Part shown: piece by piece, positions 24,442-31,548 of the stretch
Layout of the letters: every line of letters starts with the position of its first letter
Position numbering within the stretch: position 1 is the stretch's first letter
From: Thermofilum adornatum
Lineage (GTDB): Archaea > Thermoproteota > Thermoprotei > Thermofilales > Thermofilaceae
Reading direction: 5' to 3'
Assembly (NCBI RefSeq): GCF_000446015.1
Contig: NC_022093.1
Span: 720,001 to 752,000, forward strand
DNA length: 32,000 nucleotides
Made by a program: the position numbers and the translations under genes
The notes under the pieces: generated by a model
Databases searched by the model: none
Told to the model about the DNA's origin: nothing
The model's input: the letters and a program-made list of their open reading frames with translations, nothing else

Positions 24442-24654
24442 GTTATAGTCCCACCATATATTAAAAGAGATTTATGAGGTCTCCCGGTCAACAAAATATT
24501 TCGAAAAGTTTAAAGGAGGTTCTTAACAGAGATTTCCTATTAGATATATTTGTTTAAGTTTTTAACTAGTTTGTGCGGTTTTTTATTGGCGGCGGATGAC
24601 GTGAGCGTTGACTGCCGACAAAGTGAAGAAAAGGAGGTGAAGAGACGCCGCCGT

Positions 24655-25797
24655 TTACCTGAATTCCCAGTTCCACATTTCTTGGGCAAGCTTCCCGTCG
24701 TACATGTAGAGGTGTAGTTTTTCCTCTGCTCGCTTTACATTTGCTCTGTGTTGCTCGAGGAACCTGTTTATCCTCTGGACGAGCTCTAGCTTGCACTCGC
24801 CGCACATGAGTTTGCCCGTCTTGCAGGCCCAATATCTTTCCTCGAGCTTCTTGTCGTCCTCTTCAAAAAGTACGCTGTACCAGTGGAAGACTGTGCAGAC
24901 TTCTGGGACTCCTCCTAATTTCCTCTGTTCCTCTATTGTCGCTCTGCCGCCAGTATAGGCATTCATTATCTTCTTCTTGACAACGTCGGGTGGATCATTC
25001 AGCAGTATGGCAGTTTCAGGCTGAGAGGCAGACATCTTCGTCTCTGGACCAGTGAGGCCCCAAACTAGTTTGGACAGTATTTCAGCGGTCTTATACCTTC
25101 CTAGCCTCGGCGCAATATCCCTCTGTAGCCTAAAGTAGGGGTCCTGGTCGATCCCGCACGGTATCAGGGGTCTCTTGTTCTCGAAAAGGGTGGGCACGAT
25201 CTGAAGTGCAGGATAAAATATCAGCCCTATGCTCGTTTCTCCGTCGAAGCCGAAGACAGCCTTAGCCGTTGAAAAATTTATGAGTCTTGCAACCCTTACG
25301 GCGGCCCTGTACATTCGCGAGATGTACTCTGTATCCCTAAAGATGAATGTTCTGTCTGGGTCGAAGCCTAGGGCCGCTATGTTCAATATGTCCTGTCTCA
25401 CGTATGGCTCAACTTCATCTAGGCTTTCGACCTTCTTTGCAAGGAATTTTTCCTCGTCTGGGATCTCTATATAAACATTCACATTGAACTTCTCTTGGAG
25501 CCACCTGGTAGCTACAAATGGTACAATGTGGGCAATATGCATAGGCGAGTTGCTCGGGGCACGTCCCGTATACAGGAAGAATCCCCTTCCAGCTTCATAG
25601 TCGTCCAATACAAGCCCCAGATCCCTATGTGCAAAAAAGAACCCCCTTCGCAGAAGCCAGTGGAGGCCACCAGCAAGCCTACCAATGCGCTCAACGAGCT
25701 CGGGTCCCAGCTTCTCGACTCCAAATTCTTCAATTAATTTGTCGTAGTCTATCTTTCCACGAGCTTCCCAGGGAGTAACACTATATCCACTCTCCAT
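24655..25797 (-). CDS. trpS: tryptophanyl-tRNA synthetase (archaeal/eukaryotic type)
   Basis: VTPWEARGKIDYDKLIEEFG, the HIGH-equivalent PMHIAHIVPF, and the KMSKS-equivalent TKMSASQP. I moved the start to the ATG at 25797 (MESGYSVTPWE) because a TATA-like box lies 32 nt upstream. The 49-aa extension to 25944 is hydrophobic, low-complexity sequence. Confidence 0.9.
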   Translation of the reverse strand: MESGYSVTPWEARGKIDYDKLIEEFGVEKLGPELVERIGRLAGGLHWLLRRGFFFAHRDLGLVLDDYEAGRGFFLYTGRAPSNSPMHIAHIVPFVATRWLQEKFNVNVYIEIPDEEKFLAKKVESLDEVEPYVRQDILNIAALGFDPDRTFIFRDTEYISRMYRAAVRVARLINFSTAKAVFGFDGETSIGLIFYPALQIVPTLFENKRPLIPCGIDQDPYFRLQRDIAPRLGRYKTAEILSKLVWGLTGPETKMSASQPETAILLNDPPDVVKKKIMNAYTGGRATIEEQRKLGGVPEVCTVFHWYSVLFEEDDKKLEERYWACKTGKLMCGECKLELVQRINRFLEQHRANVKRAEEKLHLYMYDGKLAQEMWNWEFR

Positions 25798-25822
25798 GAA
25801 AACCACCACCACAACGAGCAAG

Positions 25823-25835
25823 AAAAATTTAAGAA
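25823..25835 (-). promoter_or_regulatory. TATA-like box for trpS
   Basis: The minus strand reads TTCTTAAATTTTT. Its centre is about 32 nt upstream of the ATG at 25797. Confidence 0.45.
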
Positions 25836-26324
25836 TTACGCGTCCAATCTGGCTCAATACAAGCGCCCTCGCACAAGCCCCTTTCGGGGCACATCCGCTC
25901 ATAGGGCGCAAGCAAAAAGATTCAAAAATGACATAAAAACTCATCGCTACAGCAACCCCAAAGATGAAGAGCTGGTAAAATAGAAAAGAATAGAGCAGAA
26001 AATTCTACATCCTGTAGACAGAATGGAGAGGATTATTTCCCATGTAAATCTCTGTCAAAAATTCTAATGTGAAAAATCAGCATTTACCAGAAGGTTCTGC
26101 GCAAAATTGCTTCTTCTCTTGTTTCTCTTCAAGAATATTTAATCCATCACCAAGAAAATGAGTAATGGTAAAAACATGGTTTTTACTTTTACGAAAGAAA
26201 GCATCAAGGAAAAATCATAGTTCAATAGTTCGGTATAGGTTTCTCTCTAAGTTATTAAAATTAGCCTAGCAAAGAAAAAACATGTCTCAAAGAAAAAGAA
26301 AATAATAACATTTATCTCACAACC

Positions 26325-26333
26325 TTTTTAAAT
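26325..26333 (+). promoter_or_regulatory. TATA-like box for ppsA
   Basis: TTTTTAAAT is centred about 32 nt upstream of the ATG at 26361, which implies a leaderless or near-leaderless mRNA. Confidence 0.45.
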
Positions 26334-26360
26334 CATATCGAAAATACATCCACGAGCAAA

Positions 26361-28841
26361 ATGAGCGACAAATCAACCAAAATAATTTTGTGGTTTGAAG
26401 AGCTTAGAAAAGAAGACGTACCCATCGTTGGAGGCAAAAACGCAAACCTCGGAGAACTGATAAATGCAGGTATACCTGTGCCCCCAGGCTTCGCAGTAAC
26501 AGCCTATGCCTACAAACGCTTTATCGAGGAAACAGGTATAAAAGACAAAGTATACGAGATCCTTAGAGAAAAAGTCCCGGCAGGCTCTGCAAAGCCCGAA
26601 GACTATGTTGAGGCAAGCAACGAAATCAGAAAACTAATCGAAAGCGTAAAGATGCCCAAAGACATTGAGGAGGAAATCAGAAAAGCCTATAGACAGCTAA
26701 GTCAGAGGGTTGGCAAAAAAGAAGAATTCGTAGCAGTCAGAAGCTCTGCTACAGCAGAAGACCTGCCAGACGCAAGCTTCGCTGGGCAACAAGAAACCTA
26801 TCTAAATGTGAAGGGAGAAGACGACGTAATAGACAAGGTTAGGAAATGCTGGTCTTCCCTTTTCACCCCAAGGGCTATTTTCTACAGGGAAAGCAAAGGC
26901 TTCAAACACGAAAAGGTGCTGATCAGTGTCGCGGTTCAGAAAATGGTTAACTCTCGCACGGCAGGCGTAATGTTCACCCTTCACCCAGTCACAGGGGATC
27001 GGAGCAAAATCGTCATTGAGGGACACTGGGGACTAGGAGAAGCCGTAGTCAGTGGAAAAGTAACGCCGGACGAATGGGTAGTAGACAAAAACACTATGAC
27101 CATCGTGGAGCGCAGAATAGTAGAGAAATTTAAGGAGCTAGTCAGAGACCCCCAGACTGGTCGCACAATCGAGAGAGAGATAGAGGAGGCCCGCCGCAAA
27201 GCCCCGTCACTAACAGATGAAGAAGTTCTCAGGCTAGCCGAGCTTGCAGTCAAAATCGAGAAACACTATGGCAGGCCAATGGACATAGAGTGGGCCGTTG
27301 ACAGGGACATGAAGTTCCCAGAAAGCATATTCATAGTCCAAGCAAGACCTGAAACAGTCTGGAGCACCAAGGAGGCAAAGCCGCAAGAAACCGCGGCTAA
27401 AAGCCTCGCAGAAGCCAAGGCAGTCTTAAAAGGACTCCCGGCAAGCCCAGGAGTAGCCTACGGAAAAGCAAAGATCTGCCTGTCCCTCGAGGACGCAAAG
27501 ACAAAGATGCAGCCAGGCGACATCCTAGTTACGACAATGACGGATCCTGACTGGGTCCCATACATGAAGATGGCCTCGGCAATTGTGACAGACGAGGGAG
27601 GAATGACGGCTCACGCCGCCATTGTTGGTAGGGAGCTAGGCATTCCTGTCATTGTTGGTACACGTGAGGCTACCAAGGTTCTCGTCGACGGGAAAGATTA
27701 TACAGTTGATGCTCGTGCTGGTATAGTGTATGAGGGGAGAGTTGAGGAGCTTCTTGGCGGCAAGAAGGAGGAGAAGGCTGCCGTGGCGGCCGCGGCACCC
27801 ATCGAAATTGTGTACAAACCTATCACTGGCACAAAGATCTACATGAATCTAGGTGTCCCCGAGAAAATTAAGGACTATAAGGACCTACCCTTTGACGGCA
27901 TAGGGCTAATGCGTGTAGAATTTATCATGGCCAGCTACGTGGGCGAGCACCCACTCTATCTACTTGAGACTGGCAGGGGAGACGTCTTAGTAAACAAGAT
28001 GGCTGAAGGTATAGCGATGGTTGCTAGGGAGATTTACCCGAGGCCTGTCGTTGTTAGGTTCAGCGACTTTAAGACCAATGAGTACCGGCAGCTGAAGGGC
28101 GGAGAAAAGTATGAACCACAGGAGGACAACCCGATGCTCGGCTGGCGCGGTGTTAGCAGATACATTAGCCCGCAGTATGAGAAGGCCTTCAGGCTGGAGG
28201 TCAGGGCTATAAAGAAGGTTAGGGACGAGATGGGTCTCGGCAATGTGTGGGTAATGGCTCCATTCGTGAGGACCCTATGGGAGGCCGAGAAGTTCATTAA
28301 GCTGTTGGCCGAAGAAGGCCTGGAGAGTAGCCGCGACTTCAAGGTCTGGGCAATGGCAGAGGTGCCTAGCATCGTGTTCCTGGCCGAAGAGTTTTCAAGG
28401 TACTTCGACGGGTTCAGCATTGGATCGAACGACTTGACACAACTGACTCTCGGCACAGACAGGGACAGCGCTATCTTGCCGAAGATTGATCCAAGGTATT
28501 TCGACGAAAGAGACCCAGCCGTGAGGACAGCTATTGCAATGCTGATCGAGAAGGCTCACAAGTCTCCCTATGGCTACAGGACTGTGTCCATTTGTGGACA
28601 AGCGCCCAGCGTGTATCCAGAGTTTACCGAGTTCCTAGTGAGGCAGGGCATTGACAGCATCAGTGTGAACCCAGACGTCGTGGCTAAGACACGCGAGCTT
28701 GTTGCCTCGATCGAGCACAGGGTGTTGCTGGAGAAGAACCTCGGTATAGAGAGGTACGATGAGGACCTTGGCTGGCCAATGAGGAGGACTAGGAAGGGGC
28801 TAAAGAACATCTGGGCTAGAAGGGTAGACGAGGACCTATAA
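26361..28841 (+). CDS. ppsA: phosphoenolpyruvate synthase (pyruvate, water dikinase)
   Basis: N-terminal ATP-grasp motif VGGKNANLGEL, the swivel phospho-His domain TDEGGMTAHAAIVGRELGIPVIVG, and the C-terminal PEP-utilising TIM barrel with FSIGSNDLTQLTLG. 826 aa. Confidence 0.93.
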   Translation: MSDKSTKIILWFEELRKEDVPIVGGKNANLGELINAGIPVPPGFAVTAYAYKRFIEETGIKDKVYEILREKVPAGSAKPEDYVEASNEIRKLIESVKMPKDIEEEIRKAYRQLSQRVGKKEEFVAVRSSATAEDLPDASFAGQQETYLNVKGEDDVIDKVRKCWSSLFTPRAIFYRESKGFKHEKVLISVAVQKMVNSRTAGVMFTLHPVTGDRSKIVIEGHWGLGEAVVSGKVTPDEWVVDKNTMTIVERRIVEKFKELVRDPQTGRTIEREIEEARRKAPSLTDEEVLRLAELAVKIEKHYGRPMDIEWAVDRDMKFPESIFIVQARPETVWSTKEAKPQETAAKSLAEAKAVLKGLPASPGVAYGKAKICLSLEDAKTKMQPGDILVTTMTDPDWVPYMKMASAIVTDEGGMTAHAAIVGRELGIPVIVGTREATKVLVDGKDYTVDARAGIVYEGRVEELLGGKKEEKAAVAAAAPIEIVYKPITGTKIYMNLGVPEKIKDYKDLPFDGIGLMRVEFIMASYVGEHPLYLLETGRGDVLVNKMAEGIAMVAREIYPRPVVVRFSDFKTNEYRQLKGGEKYEPQEDNPMLGWRGVSRYISPQYEKAFRLEVRAIKKVRDEMGLGNVWVMAPFVRTLWEAEKFIKLLAEEGLESSRDFKVWAMAEVPSIVFLAEEFSRYFDGFSIGSNDLTQLTLGTDRDSAILPKIDPRYFDERDPAVRTAIAMLIEKAHKSPYGYRTVSICGQAPSVYPEFTEFLVRQGIDSISVNPDVVAKTRELVASIEHRVLLEKNLGIERYDEDLGWPMRRTRKGLKNIWARRVDEDL

Positions 28842-28860
28842 CAATTTCTATATTCTTGTT

Positions 28861-29382
28861 TTACATTTTTAAAGTTTCCAGTATTTCTTTGAAGTTTGCT
28901 TCTACACAGTTACAGTCGATCTGCAGGTTTGCTGTTTCTGCGACTTTTCCGCATATTTCTTTAATCTTTGAAATTGTTGTAGTTGATGGCGGATGTGCAA
29001 ATTCAAGCGTTTCTGGTACAATTCCTATTAGTATTGCTTTTCCTTTGAATATTCCTGAGGAATAGGCCAGCAGGACAACGTCTGCTGGCGTTGGGTGATG
29101 TGAGGATAGTTCTCGCGAGAATGCTTTTGCCATTTCTTCTGGTGAGAGGCGTGTTGGGTCTAGCTGTAGCTGTATTATCTGTCCTGGCCGTCCATAAACT
29201 GGCTCCAGCGTGTCTATGAAAATGGCGAGATCTACGTTTTCGAGGTAGGTGGCGGCTGTGAACGCATCTAGTTCAAGGCTTATTGCTGGTGCTCCACAGT
29301 TTTTAAGTGCCTGTGCCGTTAGTGGTCCTATGGCGTCGTCTGCGAGCATAGTGTTTCCTATTCCTATTATTATAGTCTTCAT
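28861..29382 (-). CDS. [NiFe]-hydrogenase maturation endopeptidase (HybD/HyaD/HycI family)
   Basis: MKTIIIGIGNTMLADDAIGP is the family's GxGNxxxxDDxxG N-terminus. An internal FIDT...RPGQI and an SSHH histidine region are present. The ATG at 29382 overlaps the upstream ORF's stop as ATGA. The listed GTG at 29391 is an alternative start. Confidence 0.8.
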   Translation of the reverse strand: MKTIIIGIGNTMLADDAIGPLTAQALKNCGAPAISLELDAFTAATYLENVDLAIFIDTLEPVYGRPGQIIQLQLDPTRLSPEEMAKAFSRELSSHHPTPADVVLLAYSSGIFKGKAILIGIVPETLEFAHPPSTTTISKIKEICGKVAETANLQIDCNCVEANFKEILETLKM

Positions 29383-30056
29383 TTTTGGCACTCTTCTTGT
29401 AAGATTCTATTTATGACTTGTATGAGTTGCTCCTTGAGACCCTGCGTGGCGTCTTCCGGGGGCTCGTATTCTATGATTGATATTATTCGTCCGGGTGCTA
29501 GTACACGTAGTGCATCCAGCAAAGCGTCTATGTCTAGCGAGCCCTCCAACGATGCTCGTAGCATTTCGGCTGGGTTTTCCTGTGTCGCTTGAAGTGTGGT
29601 CTGCGCCGTGTAGATTCCGGGTGGGCGCTGGCGCCTCTTGGCCGTTACGATGATTATCTTGTCTGGTTTTTCTCTGGCGATTATGTCATTTACCGTGAGT
29701 GCGTCCGTCGAGAAATCTTCGACTGTGATGTTAGGGCATTCTTGGGCTTTTTGGAATGTGTATCCATATGTGTCGTATATGAGTTCTCCGGGCTCGCTTA
29801 GGTCGTAGAGGAACCCCACTAAGACCTTGGGGGGCCTGCTTAGAATTTTTTCAACTAGGTCTTGGTGACCAGTGTTCTTGAGTTCCTGTATCATGGTGGC
29901 TAGGTCGGGCTCTTTCGGAGGGTTTAAGGTGTATATTTTTTGTTCAAGCGGGTTTGGAGGTTCAGGAAAAAGTGATTCGATGAACTTGTTCCAGGAGGCG
30001 TATGCTCTCGCGGCGAGTTTGATTATGCGCATGTAGGTTTCCTCTCTATTGACCAT
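29379..30056 (-). CDS. hypothetical protein with a degenerate hydrogenase-maturation-protease-like C-terminal half
   Basis: The C-terminal ~150 aa parallels the protease family: KVLVGFLYDLSEPGE, ITVEDFSTDAL, PDKIIIVTAKRRQRPPGIY and PGRIISIIEYEPPED. Two of the three expected metal-ligand positions are substituted (see findings). I chose the ATG at 30056 (MVNREETYMRII...) as the start because a minus-strand ACAATTAAAAC box lies about 29 nt upstream. The ATG at 30032 or the TTG at 30155 remain possible. Confidence 0.55.
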   Translation of the reverse strand: MVNREETYMRIIKLAARAYASWNKFIESLFPEPPNPLEQKIYTLNPPKEPDLATMIQELKNTGHQDLVEKILSRPPKVLVGFLYDLSEPGELIYDTYGYTFQKAQECPNITVEDFSTDALTVNDIIAREKPDKIIIVTAKRRQRPPGIYTAQTTLQATQENPAEMLRASLEGSLDIDALLDALRVLAPGRIISIIEYEPPEDATQGLKEQLIQVINRILQEECQK

Positions 30057-30151
30057 ATTATATTGAGGTTTTTCATCATGTTTTAATTGTTGTTGTTCAG
30101 GAGTGTTTTTAATTAACACATATAGATAAAGATATATACTTCCATGAATTG

Positions 30152-30174
30152 ACAAAGATCATACTTATCTTTGT
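30152..30174. promoter_or_regulatory. perfect 8-bp inverted repeat in the divergent hydrogenase promoter region (candidate operator)
   Basis: ACAAAGAT-catactt-ATCTTTGT. It lies in the extremely AT-rich spacer between the protease-paralogue operon (minus strand) and the hydrogenase structural genes (plus strand). Confidence 0.35.
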
Positions 30175-30284
30175 TTTATAGTTAAAAGTATAATTGTTAT
30201 GAATTAATTATCATATTTTTTTCTTTTTTTAGATTTTTATAAAAATAAATTTTTAATAATAGTTATTACAACTAATTTCTTGTT

Positions 30285-31541
30285 ATGACAAACCTGCCAA
30301 ATATTTCAAGAAGAGACTTTGTAAAGCTAGCAGGGAGTACAGCGTTTCTGGCTTCGCTTAACTGGGACGAGCTTGTTAGGCTCGCTGTAGCCCAGGCCCA
30401 GAGTGGCTCTATCAATATTGTGTGGTTTGAGGCCCAGGACTGCGCAGGCAATACAACTGCACTTATTCAGGCTACCGAGCCAGACCTCATCGATGTTCTT
30501 GGGGGATCTTTCCACTTGGTTGGACCCGGGAATGTGAAGCTTGCTTTCCACGAGACCGTGATGCCTGAGTGGGGCGAGGGTGCCCTAGATATCCTGCGTG
30601 CAGCGGTCACAGGCAAGCTTGACCCATTTGTGCTGGTTTTGGAAGGGAGTTTCCCGCAGGACGAGAAGGCTGGCGGTCCTCCTGGGAGCGATTATTACTG
30701 CTATATCGGGGACGAGAATGGCAAGCCTATTTCCTGTGTTGAGTGGATGAGGCGCTTGTTGCCACGTGCGGTCGCGGTTGTGGCTGTTGGGAACTGTGCC
30801 AGCTATGGTGGACTGGTGGCTAACAAGGTTATTGAGAGGGTGCAGGGTCTGCCACAGTCGAAGTGGTCTGATAGCCCGACTGGCGCCGTTGGTTTCTTTG
30901 ATGATCCTATTAGGGGTATCAAGGGTCTAGTGAGTCAGTTGCCTGAAGCTGAGCCTTTCAGGAAGTTTATTAGTGGGCAGTGTAGCCTGAAGCCAGGAGA
31001 GATTAGGGCTGACTGCAGGCCAGCTGTTGCTGTGCCGGGGTGCCCGGCTAACGGGAACGGCCAATTGAGGACCCTAGCGGCGCTTGTGCTTTGGGCTAAG
31101 GGTCTCCTACCCCTGCCTGAACTGGACGTGTACTGGCGTCCAAAGTTTATATATGGGGCAACTGTCCACGAGCAGTGTCCACGTGCAGGTTCTTATGCGG
31201 CTGGCGACTTCAGGGCTTATCCGGGGGAAAACAGCTACAAGTGTCTATATGCAGTTGGATGCAAAGGGCCGATTTCTAACTGTCCGTGGAACAAGCTTGG
31301 CTGGGTTAACGGCGTAGGTGGACCAACGAGGACTGGTGGTGTGTGTATCGGGTGCACCATGCCAGGGTTTACCGATGCGTATGAGCCGTTCTATAAGCCT
31401 CTGCAGGCGCCAAGGGTTCCAAGCGGTCTAGAGGGTGCTGCGGCTGTTGCGGCTTTGCTAGCTGGTGTTGGGCTGGCTTATTGGACTAGTAAGAATATTG
31501 AGAAGAAAAAGGAAGAAGTTACTAAAGAGGTTAAGGGGTGA
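30285..31541 (+). CDS. [NiFe]-hydrogenase small subunit with a Tat signal and a C-terminal membrane anchor
   Basis: Twin-arginine signal ISRRDFVKLAGS. Fe-S ligand motifs: GNCASYGG, VPGCPANG, HEQCPRAG, CLYAVGCKGPISNCPWN and GVCIGCTMPGF. C-terminal helix AAAVAALLAGVGLAYW. Confidence 0.88.
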   Translation: MTNLPNISRRDFVKLAGSTAFLASLNWDELVRLAVAQAQSGSINIVWFEAQDCAGNTTALIQATEPDLIDVLGGSFHLVGPGNVKLAFHETVMPEWGEGALDILRAAVTGKLDPFVLVLEGSFPQDEKAGGPPGSDYYCYIGDENGKPISCVEWMRRLLPRAVAVVAVGNCASYGGLVANKVIERVQGLPQSKWSDSPTGAVGFFDDPIRGIKGLVSQLPEAEPFRKFISGQCSLKPGEIRADCRPAVAVPGCPANGNGQLRTLAALVLWAKGLLPLPELDVYWRPKFIYGATVHEQCPRAGSYAAGDFRAYPGENSYKCLYAVGCKGPISNCPWNKLGWVNGVGGPTRTGGVCIGCTMPGFTDAYEPFYKPLQAPRVPSGLEGAAAVAALLAGVGLAYWTSKNIEKKKEEVTKEVKG

Positions 31542-31548
31542 GGGGTAA

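Noticed and set aside
24588-24652. The GC-clamped 65-nt segment read as a box C/D sRNA, with GGAUGAC next to the 5' half of the helix.
   Set aside because: There is no CUGA D box adjacent to the 3' half of the helix. The candidate internal D'/C' boxes (UGAC, GUGAAGA) are poor. It is kept only as a generic structured element in the findings.
25798-25944. N-terminal ORF extensions offered by the ORF track: trpS to 25944, orc1 from 3615, the GPN GTPase to 5737, nep1 from 17488, the HIT gene to 15681, argS to 15164, and the protease paralogue to 30155.
   Set aside because: In most cases (trpS, orc1, the GPN GTPase, HIT and the protease paralogue), a TATA-like box lies inside or downstream of the extension, at about 27-32 nt (41 nt for orc1) from an internal ATG. 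For the recognisable families, homologue N-termini begin at that internal Met. Several extensions start at TTG or are hydrophobic, low-complexity sequence (for example ILKFFLLVVVVVF). For nep1 and argS the main argument is that the extension would overlap a neighbouring gene.
26004-26018. The TCTACAGG match to the ORB-like box, taken as evidence for a second replication origin.
   Set aside because: An 8-mer match is expected by chance in 64 kb of two-strand sequence. There is no GGGGT string at the ORB spacing and no initiator gene nearby. The spacer is still reported as unexplained.
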